Assembly (NCBI GenBank): GCA_964016885.1
Contig: OZ024741.1
Coordinates: forward strand, 293,694,001 to 293,758,000
DNA length: 64,000 nt
Direction: 5' to 3'
From: Eledone cirrhosa
Taxonomy: Eukaryota
Below are positions 1-13,124 of this stretch, one piece after another (position 1 is the stretch's first letter; the number at the start of each line of letters is the position of its first letter). Below the pieces are notes generated by a model that had not been told where the DNA came from, did not search any database, and worked only from the letters and a program-made list of their open reading frames with translations. The translations under genes were made by a program, and so were the position numbers.

Positions 1-790
1 ATTGAACAGTGAATAAGTGGAAAGTGAGTACTAAGTAAGTTGTATAAAGAATGCACGTCAAATAATAGGTCAAACCTGTAAGCCAAGCACGTCTGAGTTG
101 TAGCACAAAAGAGCGTAAACAGGGGCGATAATTTGGAGCACACTGGAAAAAAAATCATCAAAATCGGACGTTCCTGAAAAAAGTTTTCTCATATTGCAAA
201 AAACAAAGAAAAAAATTACAAAAAGGACAACAATAAAATATAATGTCTTTGTTGAGATTCAAGTAAATAAATGCTTAAGAGTCGTTATGACTATCTTTGT
301 TGTTGTATAAATTCATATGTTTCTTTTGAATATTTGTTATTTGATGTAAAATGTAATGGTGTAAAATGTAATGGTGAGTGTCGTTATGACTATGTTTGTT
401 GTTGTATAAATTGATGTGTTGCTTAGTTTTCAAAGTTTATGTCGCGTTCCTGAACAAAGTTTTGTCGCTGTTAGAGTTGCAGAAGAGATTGAGAGAGGAG
501 TAGAGGGAGGGATGAACTTTTTAAAGAGAGTTGCAACATGTATGTAGCTTCATCAATTTTTGAGGGTAGTAGAGAGAGAGATTAAGTGTGTAAGAGAGAG
601 GGTTACAGCATGTATTTAGTTTTATCGATTTTTTTCATAGAAGCAGGAATGTTTTGGCAAAGTTTATTATGCGTTGACCATCGGTGGTAAATTTGGAGCA
701 CATTGGAAAAAAAAATTATCAAAGTGGAAATGCATAAAAATCATACACACACACACAGACAGATATTTTCCGTTTTATATATATAGAGAT
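1..790. mobile_element. Non-autonomous repeat with internal direct repeats, possibly Helitron/Helentron-associated (truncated by window edge)
   Basis: Dispersed internal direct repeats (AATTTGGAGCACAyTGGAAAAAAAA at ~130 and ~689; GTCGTTATGACTATsTTTGTTGTTGTATAAATT at ~281 and ~380). Ends in (CA)n-CAGACAGA then TTTTATATATATAGAGAT, an end architecture reminiscent of non-autonomous Helitron-like elements. Classification is inference. Confidence 0.35.
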
Positions 791-944
791 AATTTTGAGT
801 ATGTGTTGGTTGTTTACTGACACTTCAGTATCCAGGTTGGAGCACTCAACGAAGTGCACAGGTTGGTCTGTTTACTCCAGAGTACTATAAAAACAAGAAG
901 TGTAAGTCAACAGGGTAAAATTAGCTTCGTTTATTCATATTCGT

Positions 945-999
945 TGCTATATATATTTCAATGATAGACATTATTCAACAACTATGACCTCATCTGGCA
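945..999 (-). ncRNA. Degenerate minimal hammerhead ribozyme in a Penelope pLTR-like remnant
   Basis: Minus strand: TGC CAGATGA GGTCATAG...CTATCATT GAAA TATATA TA GCA. Core differs from CTGATGA at one position. Downstream TGAGTGCTCCAACCTGGATA resembles the sequence downstream of the motif at 37009. Confidence 0.4.
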
Positions 1000-1489
1000 G
1001 TAAGAACTTCAACAGAAAAAAGAGGAAAACATAATGTTGTAATAGATTTTACCTTGTTAATCCATTGATATGTTCAGATCCAGAGTGTGGTGTTAGTCCT
1101 CTAAGGAACTGAAAGCATATAGATATATATATATATACACACATAGATGATAAGATTCAGGAACTCGACGGCTGAGCTCCAGCCATTTCGACAGCTGGAT
1201 GCATACATATATATATATATATACATATAAAGCCACCTTCCTTGCTTCATCAGGGCTTAGTGCTTAGTCATGCACACTCCATTATAATCTTTGCAGTTCA
1301 TTTTGAGGTTGTTTCATGGGCAAACACCATTCCTGACAGCAACCTTTTTAGTTGCCTCTCCCAAAACACATGTGTGTGTATGTATGAGTGTATGTATATG
1401 AAATTTAGGTGTTACAAATTGCACACATAGAATGTATACACACTTATAGTTTTTGAAAACAGCATTGCAGTGTATAATTCAGTTAAGAG

Positions 1490-2128
1490 CTGTCGTAACT
1501 CAACTCAACTCCGAACCATTAAATTACAACCCTCAAGAAACAACATGTAAAACAACAATAACTAAAACATAAACAACAAGTATAACATAAACAACAGCAA
1601 CACTTACATCAAGTACAACATAAACAACAACAACTGCAAGACATAAATAAAAGCAGCTACATCAACAATAACTGCAAAACATTAACAACAGCAACAACAA
1701 CATTGACAACTACTATAGTAACAACAATCACAACAAAATTAAACATGACTTAAACATAATGACAACACCACCACCAATAACATCACTTCCAAATATGACC
1801 TCAAACATCAGGATTACCATCACTACCATCACAATAGCTACAGCTGCCATACACCCATTATCACCTCCACCATCACAATAACTACACCACCACCCCAAAA
1901 CCATCACCATACCACCACCATCAAAACCATCATCATACCACCACCATAACAACACCCAAACCACCTCCATATCACCACCACCATAACAACACCACCATAC
2001 CACACCATCACCACCACCAAAACCACCACCATACCACCACCATAACAACACCACATAACAACACCACCATAACACCACTTCCATCAAAACCACCACCACC
2101 ACCTCCAAAACAACCACCAATGCAACCA
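1490..2128. repeat. Low-complexity (ACA/CCA)-rich tract
   Basis: Degenerate CAA/CCA trinucleotide repeats; explains the spurious V/G/W-rich ORF at 1728-2129. Confidence 0.9.
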
Positions 2129-2449
2129 TTAATATTTATCTTTTTGCATTATGTATAATTATATTTTTGCTTGGCTAAGAAACTATCTATTTTGGAGAAT
2201 TTTCGAATTAGCACTTAAACTATCTCTCAGGTAAAAATTGGTGCAGAAGGAATACAATGAACAATCTGTTGATGGAATAAATCTGTCATGTTTCGTTGTT
2301 TGGAACATTCAATTGGAATTGACAGATCTGCATGCATTTTACACATTAATGATAACAATGACAATAATGATGATGGATAATTTGATAGAAATAAAAGCTT
2401 ATAAGAGAAGGAGATCCTCTAGAAATAATAATAGTAATAATAATAATAA

Positions 2450-2612
2450 TTGTTTCTACTATTAGCACAAGGCCAGCAATTACCCAGTGCATTAGTGGTA
2501 CTTTATTTTATCGACCCCGTAAGGATGAAAGGCAAAGTTAATCTCGGCGGGATTCTGAGTTCAAATCCCGCTGAGGTTAACTTTGCCTTTCAACATTACG
2601 GGGTCGATAAAT
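2450..2612. mobile_element. MetaSINE-type SINE fragment with fold-back (inverted) duplication
   Basis: TTTATCGACCCCGTAAGGATGAAAGGCAAAGTTAATCTCGGCGGGATT is followed after a short spacer by its near reverse complement; same family as 14082 and 39294. Confidence 0.75.
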
Positions 2613-2644
2613 TAAATAAAATAATAATAATAATAAAATAATAA

Positions 2645-4662
2645 TGCTTTCTTTATTAACTACAAGGGTTTACACAAAGTAATATATTAAGGACAGTACA
2701 GGACAATACAGGACGGTACAAATTGGCATTTCTGCGTGTAAAAAAAACAAAAACAGCGGATGTAACAAAAAAGAACAATGAAAAATTCCCCAATAGGGGG
2801 AGACTTCCGAGGGCCATCTTTGCCTCTCTCACCCATCTTTCAACAAAATGCTGGGAAGAGAGCACTTCCCTCTCTACCCTGATTTTCCTTTTCAAATGAA
2901 ATTTGAAAAAGTTAATCAGGGCATCACCGAAGAGGTAAGTGCTCGTCTTCAGCTCTTTCAGATGCGTCCACCATACTATCTCTTTTGCCATGGCCACCAG
3001 ACAGATTATAACTGCCTGCCCTTCCCGGCTAAAGGAAGAGGGCAGGGGAATCCTCACGATGGACTCAGCTGATAGCCGGATCCGTTCTACAGGCCACAGC
3101 AGGTGTTTGACATAAACCCACAAGTCAGCAATGCTTGGACACTGGACGAGTGTATGCAGGACGGTTTCGTCGCCCTGCATGCATCACGGACATGCTGGCT
3201 GACGGCACTTCCATGTCTGTAGAGTTTATGCCGAACTGGCAAAGCTCCTCGGTAGCACCGCCAGGCCAGGGATTTCTGGGAGTTGTCCATAGGCCCCGGC
3301 CCGAAAGTTCTTCCGAAGAGATTGGGTAGTTGATTTTCGTTGACTCCTAGAGTTTCCCCAAGTACGTCGTCACTCTTTCCCTCCACTAATCCTCTATAGA
3401 ACGCCAAGGTGGCGTTTCCACCGATCACATTGCCCAACTGGTTGAGGGCTGTGAGCTCCTGAAGACATTCCAGTCTCCAAGCGCTCCCTCTCGGTCTTCG
3501 CTTGACCCAGGACTGCAGCTCCGTCAAGGAGACGAGCTGGGGAAAGACGCATCTAGCAAACGGTGACCACACCTGATCACCGTAGAGGAAGAAGTGGAGA
3601 TGTCATAGCCTGAGCGCGTGTCTGCACATCATCGGCCACGGCATGCCCAGCCCTCCACATAGCGGCTGTTGACAGCAGATGAATCGCCTGACCATCGGAC
3701 TGCGTCCCTTCCACAAAAAGCGAAAGAGCAAATGCTCCAGCGCAGTCAGGCGAGGCTTAGGACAAGGTACGACGGTCAGGTGGTAGTAGATGATGGACGC
3801 GATGTACACATTTGCCACCTCCGCTCGACCTTTCAGGGATAGCTTCCTCTCTGCCCATTTCTGGGTGAGAGAAGCCACCCTGCTCGTCACCTCATCCCAG
3901 TTTTTGTCCTTCTGGTGGTCCGGACCAAACCAGACCCCTAGCAATTTAACCGGTCCGTTCGTTCAGCGCCCGACGATGCTTTTGGATTTCATGGACCTGC
4001 CTCTCCAGGTGCCGAGCTGCAGGTCCACCGACTTTTCCTGGTTGATCATTGCTCCTGTCACCAATTCGTATTCTCTTAGTGTAGCGCCGATCGCCTCGAT
4101 GTGTTTGTCGTTCAACACCACTACGGTGACATCGTCCGCATATGCTGACACGGATCTTCCGTATCCTAGTTCGCGCGGGACCCCCCTCATCGTCTCCAGT
4201 TTGTGCAGTAATGGCTCAAGAGTCAATATGTACAAGAGGGACGAGAGGGGACATCCTTGGTGGACTGAGCGCATGATGTTGAACGGTTCCGATAGGTGAC
4301 CGTTCACTCTCACCACAGAGCAGATGTCGCTGTGCATGGCAGCGATCCAGCCTCTGAAGACGGGCCCAAAACCAGCCACCCTCATGTATGCTGCCAGATA
4401 ACGATGGTCGACCCTATCGAAAGCTTTTGACTGATCAAGGACCAACCCGTTCCAGGTTCCCTAGCTACCCTCTCCACGATGTATCGCATCAGGTGGAGGT
4501 TGTCGTGGATGGATCTGTCCTGAATGGCGGATGTCTGTGCCTCTCCCACCAGACCACCAATGACAAGCGCCAACCTCTTTACTAGCACCTTGGCCCAAAT
4601 CTTGAACTCTGTGTTTAGCAGAGTCATGGGCCTGAAATTATCTATGTTATCCCTCTTGTTCA
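2645..4662 (-). mobile_element. 5'-truncated L1/Tx1-clade non-LTR retrotransposon (frameshifted RT + C-terminal zinc-binding region)
   Basis: Overlapping minus ORFs give RPMTLLNTEFKI, LDQSKAFDRVDH, QGCPLSSLLYIL, AYADDV, LGVWF, LSLKGRAEVAN, GGLGMP and ETVLHTLVQC. AATAAA lies just before the 3' end at ~2652. Confidence 0.9.
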
Positions 4663-5002
4663 GATAGAATATATTTTAGTAATACACATATACAAAAAGA
4701 AGAAAAAACACACATTTACTTGCAGCTGCAACTTCGGTTATACTCATTATTACATATATATATACATATGTAATAAATAGGGAACAAAGAATCAGTATTG
4801 CATCATATACATATTTAATTACATATGATTATATGTTTTATTGCCGATCAGCTCGAGGAATGATCAAATAATGTTCATTCCTGACTCTAGAATCGGAACC
4901 TCCTCAGATGTGTGCTCTTACATGTAGACTCACATCCAAATGTTGCTGAATTGTTCACCTTGGCATACCGCCTGTTAATGCAATCCAATTGCACCTCTAC
5001 TA

Positions 5003-5059
<57 letters not shown>

Positions 5060-5167
5060 TAAACGGAATAGTAAATGCTGACAAATTGTTCACAGTGAAA
5101 AATAGTTTAATTAGGAATAAGCAAAAAATAGTAATAGTATTGGTTAGTATTCAGTTTTGGTTTTAAG

Positions 5168-5203
5168 TTTTACCGGTTGCGCATTTCTAATGCTTTTCAA
5201 AAA
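5168..5203 (-). ncRNA. Degenerate minimal hammerhead, U3-A8 core variant, in a pLTR-like fragment (~5060-5293)
   Basis: Minus strand: TTT TTGAAAA GCAT TAGAA ATGC GCAA CCGG TA AAA (GAAA mutated to GCAA). Flank is homologous to the 38003 palindrome arm and ends in AAAAGTGGCTCCAG, also present in the Penelope pLTR at ~14572. Confidence 0.55.
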
Positions 5204-5298
5204 TAATTTTGAGATAGAGCGTCCGTGATGTTTGCTCTGATCTGATTAGTTTTGGGAATTCTACCTGTTTTTATGTTAAAAAAGTGGCTCCAGTGGTA

Positions 5299-5635
5299 TT
5301 AAAATAGCCCCCACCCCATCCACACCGCCCCTTCCAATGTTAAGTTATGTTGGTAGCACAACATCCAGGCCGAAACAAATGAGGTCGTGTAGGTGTCATG
5401 ACCAAAAAACACACAGTCCATGCTGTAATGTGGCCGTGTAGGTAAAACGGTAAAAACCTCCAAGTTCCACACTGTAAATGTGGTTGGTGTTAGGAAGGGC
5501 ATCCAGCCGTAGAAAACCCGCCAGACAGTCCTATACGAGCAAGACAACCACTCTTGCCTCAAGTGGGAAAACTCCCCTCCAAACCCATGCAAGCGTGGAA
5601 TATGGACGTTAATCGATGATGATGATGATGATGAT
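5299..5635 (+). mobile_element. RTE LINE 3' UTR fragment (subfamily B) with (GAT)n tail
   Basis: Highly similar to the 3' UTR of the RTE at 30774-32474; terminal CCATGCAAGCGTGG stem-loop then GATGATGAT. Confidence 0.85.
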
Positions 5636-5756
5636 ATATATATATAGTGAAAACATATATAATCTCCAAATTATGTGGCACATTAATACAGAAGCCTAAA
5701 TAACCAAGAAGTCAGTCATTCCATTTTTCAAACCCTATTTTCCTTATATATATATA

Positions 5757-6062
5757 TCATCATCATCATCATCGTTTAACGTCCATGTTCCACGCTTGCA
5801 TGGGTTTGGACGGGAGTTTTCCCACTTGAGGCAAGAGTGGTTGTCTTGCTCGCATAGGACTGTCTGGCGGGTTTTCTACAGCTGGATGCCCTTCCTAACA
5901 CAAACCACATCTACAGTGTGGGACTGGGAGGTTTTTACCGTGTTGCCTACATGGCCACATTACAGCATGGACTGCTGTGTGTTTTTTTGTCGTGACACCT
6001 ACACAATCTCATTTGTTTCGGCCTGGATGCTGTGGCACCAACATAACTTTACATTGAAAGGA
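5757..6062 (-). mobile_element. RTE LINE 3' UTR fragment (subfamily B), opposite orientation
   Basis: Reverse complement of 5299-5635 with few differences; (CAT)n at the left end. Confidence 0.85.
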
Positions 6063-6127
<65 letters not shown>

Positions 6128-6539
6128 TACATATATATATATACATACAATATGAGAGAGAGAGACTTATGATGCTAATACATACATACTTGAGTGCATG
6201 CATACCTGTATGCGTATCTCTTTCACCAATATATACCAGTGAAGGATGTAAAGATCAGCAAAATTTGCTGTAGTATTTGTTCTGCATATAATTACAGGCA
6301 CTCCCTTCATACTGTTGCCATCAGAAATAGCGAATCAGTGATTGGCCCATTGAAAAACTATAACCAATGAGGCTATTGTTTGCAAATTGAGATAGAGATT
6401 AAAATAACTCTTTGATAATTAAATTATCTTTTAATAAAGATCCAATTGAAATTTCACTCCTTGTTTCTGTGAATAAATCCAATGACGAAACAGAATCACA
6501 GACATACACACACACATACACACACATACACACATACAG

Positions 6540-6604
<65 letters not shown>

Positions 6605-6675
6605 CACATATATATATACACATATATATATATATACATACATATATATATATACATATAAATATATATATACAT

Positions 6676-6735
<60 letters not shown>

Positions 6736-7229
6736 ACAGAAAGAGAAAAACCTTTAATGACTGGGTGTAAATGCTCGTAAAATGAAGGTGTTTACATGTA
6801 TGAGTTTGTGTGCAGGAGAGATAGGCACAAACTAATAGAATAAACTAATAGAATAAAGATGACAAGTATTTATTTTTTTGACTGCATACATTTTCAAGCT
6901 GTAACTAAATTGATCGGTTTCTTGAAAGAGAAAAAAGTAAAATTTCTCTAAAATGTTTAAAATATCAATACAGAAATATAAAATGAAAGTTTTAATTTTT
7001 TAATTGACACACAGAAATAAGATTAAAAATAAGTAAAGATTTGGAAAACTACAATTAATAAACAAAGAAATTAATTATATTATGTTATAAATTTATTTCA
7101 GAAATACAATTATTTACTTCCATGTCCACATGTCATATTTGAAATATATTTTAAAAAAAGAGAATTTTTTTATTTTTGTTTATAGCTTTGTTTAGGGTTT
7201 TTAGGTGTTTTTTGGGGTTTTGTTTGTTT

Positions 7230-7505
7230 TTTTGCATTTCCAGTCCACACCATAAAATGGTTATGTAGGTATCAAGACAAAAACTGCCCAGTCCACAACT
7301 GTAAACTGGCCAATTTGGTGCCACAATAAAATGCACCCAGTCCATGCTGTAAATGCAGTTGATGTTAGGAAGGGCATCCATTCGTAGAAACTAAGCCAGA
7401 AAGAGTTCTGTATGAGCAAGACATGGTCATCTGATCTGACTTGTCTCACTATGGGTCAAATTGTGTAACCAATGCTAGTTAAACGGTGATGATAATGATG
7501 ATGAT
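7230..7505 (+). mobile_element. Older RTE 3' UTR fragment
   Basis: TGTTAGGAAGGGCATCCA...GTAGAAA motif and GTTAAACGGTGATGAT tail shared with the other RTE 3' ends. Confidence 0.7.
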
Positions 7506-7574
7506 TTTGCTCACAGAGACCCTCAACAATTTCTTCAGTTTCCAAGTTTTACCATTGAAATGTTCATGTAATGC

Positions 7575-7810
7575 ACATTCACTTTTACATATACTCACTA
7601 CAGCACATGTATAGCCCTGTGTCATTTCTAGCTCTTCCCTAAGTTGAAATCGAAGCTGAAGGGTTATCGTTTTGGAACTGGAAACATTCAAAAATTGTAA
7701 CCACTGAACACTCACAAAAAATTACTTCCAGTACTACTACGATCAATGGAAAAATGTTGAAAACACTGTGTGACTTCCCAATTGTCATATTTGGAAGGAG
7801 ATAACTTGTA
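7575..7810 (+). pseudogene. Decayed mariner transposase C-terminal fragment
   Basis: Conceptual translation STCIALCHF*LFPKLKSKLKGYRF ... HCVTSQLSYLEGDNL resembles mariner YSPDLAPCDFxLFPKLK..LKG.RF ... KCV..G.YFEGD. Confidence 0.65.
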
Positions 7811-10800
7811 ATTTAATTTACATGTTTCATTTAAATCATCATCATCAGGTCGAGCTTGCTCGGCTTTCTACGACATGCTTCCTCCATCCATCTCTGTCTC
7901 TCATAGCATTTGCCAGTTCTTCCGCAGTGCATCCAGTATCGTCCTCTTGGGATGACCAGCGTTTCTCGCTCCATGAGATGGACTCCATAACAACACATCA
8001 CCTGCTATTTCTTCCTTGCTGCGCCAACAGTGGTCAGCAAATCTGAGTCTCTGTCCATTTAAATACAACATCAGTACCCTTATTTTTTAGATAAATTTGT
8101 AAGTAAAATGATGATGATAACATCAAATTATATATTTAGGCTGTAAATTAATATTACATTAGGATTTAAGTGAAAATACTTCATGTTTTTTGTTCTTCTC
8201 CCATCTGTTCTATGTTGAAATGTCTCACAAAAGTTTTGACAAACTGTTTATATAGGTTTGACATAACATAATGTTTTTCTAGATACCTATAACTAAAATA
8301 AAGATGGAATGGATGGTTTTTGCCTTGCCTGGAACATTGATGATAGTTCCATTTAATCAGAATCACATGAGACTAAACAACAACAGTAACCAGCATCATC
8401 ACATCCCCCCACCATCACCTCCACTTTGTATAATGTAGTGTCCTGTTCTGCTGCCCATCACAATATGGCCTGTGGCAACTCAGAGTATCAACACAATATA
8501 TACCACCACCATATATAGTGCAGTGTCCTGTTCTGTTGTTCCTCACCATCTCCATCCCTCCACCACCATATGTAGTGTAGAGTCCTGTTCAGCTGCCCTT
8601 CTCAATATGGCCCATGGCAACTCAACTATTAAGGAAATAAATTCAGTAAAACAAACAGTTCTCAGCAAATAACACATTAACAGCTTGGAGATGTTGAAAA
8701 TAAAGTTCTGTGTGCATATGTGTAAGAGAGGGGAAAGAGTGTGAGTATATGTGTGAGGGAGAAGGGGTGTGTATGTGTGTGAGAAAGAGGAAATTTATGT
8801 GAGAGAGAATGTGTATATGTGTGTGTAAATGTGAGTTAGAGAGAAAGTGTGTGTGCATGAGTGTGAGTGCATGTGTGTGCATGTGAGAGAGAGAAAATGG
8901 AGGGAGTTGGTGTATGCATGTATGTATTTTGTGTCCTGAGGCCAAGGAGAAACATGTGTAAATTATGATTAAAAGGATGTACTACATGCAGCTGTATTAT
9001 GAATCACAGCAACAACAATAAAACTGTTATATAAACAATCAAGACTTATAACTGTTTGAGTGTGGGATGGCATCCGTTTCATCAGTCCAGGGTTCAGAGA
9101 GAATCCTAGAAGAGGGCTTGTAAATATATGATGCCTATCCTCACTAAAAATTAAAACCTCTCAGCCCCTTTGATTTTGAGAGGTGTTCATCTCTTTGGGC
9201 CAAAACAGTCTTTTTCCACTTGGCAACATTTTTATCAGAGGCCATTTCAATAATATGCCCTTTTAATGTACATGCAGAAATTGTAGCTGGTTAAACTGAT
9301 GTAACATCGGAGGTTGCACTGTTAGTGTGTGTGTGTGTGGGGGGGGGGGTATGGGTAACTAGCGGCAGTGTATTGTGTATAGTTGTAGTTTAGACCCAGG
9401 TCTGTCCTGTGATCAAGGATATTCCAGTCATGACCATCTGATTGTTTTTTTAAGACATAGAGTGAGAAGACACTCCTATGCACTTGATAGAACATGAGAC
9501 CATACATAAGTAAGACCCTAGCTTGTCTGGAAGTCAGTAGCCCTGCTTCAGTATTGACTTGGTCTATGTGGACCCGTTTGGCCCTTGCTAGCAAAGAAAG
9601 CAGATGTTAAAGCAATGAGGATGATGTTGATGAGAATGCAGGTATGTGAATGCTAGAAAAAAATGAATCAACCATGCTCTACTAGATATATAATGTTAGT
9701 GTATATGAAAAAACATGCACAGATGAGAAAGACTGGGTAAAAGATATCTGGTGAATATGCAGGAAAGAAGACTACACAGGTATGGACACATAATGCAAAT
9801 AGATGACCATCATTTGGGAAAGAAGAGCCAAGAGTGGTGTAAAAACAAATATTTATAGGTGTATAAGAGTTTGAGGAAATCAAACTAAGTAATAAAAATA
9901 ATTATTTCTCCTGTATAGCTTGTTTGAACTCAAAGTGCAGATAGTTGGCATATGGACTACAGATGATACATTCTAATGACTCAACAAATTCACCACGATT
10001 GGTAAATTGTATGACATATTGTGGGGCTTCTTTTCAAAAGTAGGGAAATACCATCACCCTGCATACCACCCCTGTTTCTATCCCTTTTTACCTTTTTTCT
10101 TCTTCACCTTTGTCTTCTTCTCCTACTCCTCCACCCACATATTCCTGCAAAGCTTATGGGGGTAGAGTCCTTAAGAATTCCTTCCAGTAGGTCCTGTCAG
10201 AAGTAACCATTTCTAATTGATCCAGCTGGCTCTCCAAGTGAGACCAGCCAAACTCATGGATGTTATGCCACCATATTGCTCGGTGTCTACCCCTTATTTA
10301 CGACCAATGAAACTAAGATGTAGCAGTGTATGTAATGAAATTTGCCACATTAGATCTACACTCACAAGCAAAGGGATTAAACACAGTAAATTTGGGAATA
10401 AATGAAACAGTTTGAGGGATTTTTATAATTTTGGAGTAAAATTATATAAAGGAAATTATAAATATTTAATCATATCATTTGTTATTTATTTATTTATTTA
10501 TCTATTTATTTACTTATTTATTTATTGTTATCATTTCAACTCAATTATTTTGAGGAATATGAAAGAGATAAAGATAGATATATCATTCTCATCATTTATA
10601 CAAAGAAATGTAATAGACAAATTAAGCTTTTCCGTTTCATTTTATTCTGTTTTTAAATTGCATTTTAATTTTGTTTTGTTTTGATTTGATTTTGTTTTTG
10701 TAGATTTTTATCATTCTAATAGAATTTAATGGAGAAAAGTGATGAATAAATGATGTTAAGTTTTCTTTGGTTATTTTGCCAACTTAGAAATTCTATGATT

Positions 10801-12897
10801 GAAGTCCACATTAAGACAAAACTATTTCTCAAATAATTTCTTCAATACCGTTATCATCATTATCATCATTGTACTCATAGTCTCATTATTATCAATAGCA
10901 TTACTTTCACTATCATAGGTATTATCATGATCGATATCTTACTCATCATAATAACAATAATAACAATTATTATCATAATAACAATAGTAATGATTTCTAC
11001 TTTATGCACAAGGCCAGCAATTTGTGAGAGGAGAAAGTCAATTAAATTGTCCTTAGTACTTGACTTGTACATTTTTTTTTTTAGTGTTGTTGGAGTACTC
11101 GATGAAGATGATCCCAATACTTAACTGGTACTTTATTTTGACACTGGAAAGGCGAACTAACTGGGATATAAACTCAAAAACATAACAAGCTAAAATAAAT
11201 ACTGCAAAATAACATTTTAATTAATACTTTAACCATTGTGCTAATCCACCATCATCATCATCAGCATAATTTTTAGAATTACAAACAAATGTGTAGAGCT
11301 ACACATTTTTGGTGGGATGTGTAGGATAGAAATAGTCGATTAACTCAAACCCTCACTACCACAACCACAGGAAAAATGAAAAGTAAAATCAACTATATCT
11401 TAAAATATAAAGAAATGTAACCATATCACCAGAAATTTATGTCTATCACTCTTAACTATTCTGTTACTTCACCATTCATATAAAAATAAATAATATTGCA
11501 TTTTCAATACATTGCACTTATAAAAGGCACTCAGTGCTGTGGTCAGTAATGTAACAACACCACATAAAAGATATATCATAAAAGATCAATTTTTCTGTCA
11601 GTCTGTCCATCACACTAAGAACAGTATTTTAGAATGATCCTTGGCTTACCGTCACTGCAAGAAGTGCAAAATATTGTTTTAACTTTTACAGCACATATAT
11701 TGAGAAGAGTATTATCATTGTGAGAAAATATAATCATGTATGTAATTTTTGTTTACATAACTTTATTTGATTATATTCCATAATTATGGAAGTTGTAAAT
11801 AATTGAACACTCTTATATGATTGATTATCATTCTGTTGTAAATAGGATTTTAAACAGATAATGTGCACATATATAAAGCAAATGATATACTTGTATCTGT
11901 GTAAAATATGTGATGTGGATAATCTGGTGTGTTTATTATTGGTGTTTAACAAAGTGTGCAGTGAATTTCTCTTCCCTAGGTATCAGCAAGAAATGGGAAC
12001 AAAACTGAAGGAGAGGAAAAACACAAACAATAATAATAATATTGTTAACTGTAACCTCAAGGAAATTCTTTTTTTGTTTTATGTTAGAGAAGGACTATTT
12101 TTGATGGTCTATGAAACTGGTGGAAAAGAAATGACTTATAGTGTCTACTCACCCTCCTTTCCAAAATCAATATCACAGATCTCAGCATACTCTAAAATCT
12201 CCTTTGTTTAAAAACCCAAGGCTATGAAAAATGAAAAAAATAAATTTGCAGCTCATACCTATACAGGTATAGTTCCCCTTCGACTAGGTTGCATCTCATA
12301 AGAGGTTTCTCAGTTGTTTTCATGATTGGGGCTATTGTCCTCTCAAAAAAAAAAAAAAAACAATATCAAATGAACCGTCCTGTTCAAAATCACAACATGC
12401 TTCCATTCCAGAAATCAAATTTATAACCTGTTGTTCAAGAATCCAATACCCTAACCAATATGCCATGCATTAAAATTAATATAGATGCTCATGTACTTTA
12501 CGTTTTGGACAGAAGTCCTTCTTCAGGAAAGTTTGAATAAGGAGAGAATAGATAGACATATGAGTAGTGTGAGAAGTATAGGGAAGGAAGTTAAAAAAAC
12601 CGATGGGGGTGGTGAAAGGTCTGGCGGGGGGGGGGATTCAGGGTGGAAGGTATGAGGTGGCATGGGTGTGGTTGTGTGTGTGGATGTCAAAATGGAAGTA
12701 ATTGTTAGCTGCATGGCTTCAGTCTATGTGGCCCCACAGTTTTATGAGGTGAAGTGTGCACACTGGTATGTTAGTGTTAGTGTGTCTGTGAGTTTTCTGT
12801 TTTTTGTGCGTGTGTACATGTGAGTGTGTCTACACATGTGTGAAAAGCTGATTTTTTATGTATGTGAGAGTGTGTATATATATATATAGAGAGAGAA

Positions 12898-12975
12898 AGA
12901 AATATTAAAACAATGAAATTAAACTTTACTATGAATTAACCGTTTTTTGTTTAATTTCATTGTTTTAATATTTCT
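12898..12975. repeat. Perfect 27-bp inverted repeat, 24-nt loop
   Basis: AGAAATATTAAAACAATGAAATTAAAC ... GTTTAATTTCATTGTTTTAATATTTCT. Confidence 0.85.
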
Positions 12976-13124
12976 ATTTTTGACTCTGTATCCAATAAAT
13001 TATATCGTTGAAAATTTTGTATTTTAAACTTTGCTTCACGGCTTCTACATACGGATTACATTGAGTTCTTCATACAGTTTAGACCCTACCATTGATTGGT
13101 AGATTTATCTGTGTATATATATAT

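Noticed and set aside
1728-2129. 133-aa V/G/W-rich ORF
   Set aside because: Antisense reading of a CCA/CAA low-complexity tract.
4855-4915. Minus-strand CTGAGGA followed by a long hairpin and GAAC
   Set aside because: GAAA and stems I/III are missing; possibly a rearranged remnant but unsupported.
5796-6155. Recurrent 'MPFLTPTTFTV' ORFs (5299, 5796, 13473, 30863)
   Set aside because: Antisense translations of the RTE 3' UTR, not a gene family.
6399-6780. Numerous [12 protein letters not shown] ORFs (also 13705-14349, 19405-19844, 24670-25079, 27950-28553, 37177-37970)
   Set aside because: Stop-free translations of dinucleotide microsatellites, not genes.
9595-9650. Possible small host exon ending CAG|GTATGT
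   Set aside because: No good acceptor/polypyrimidine tract and no recognisable protein; cannot be supported without transcripts.
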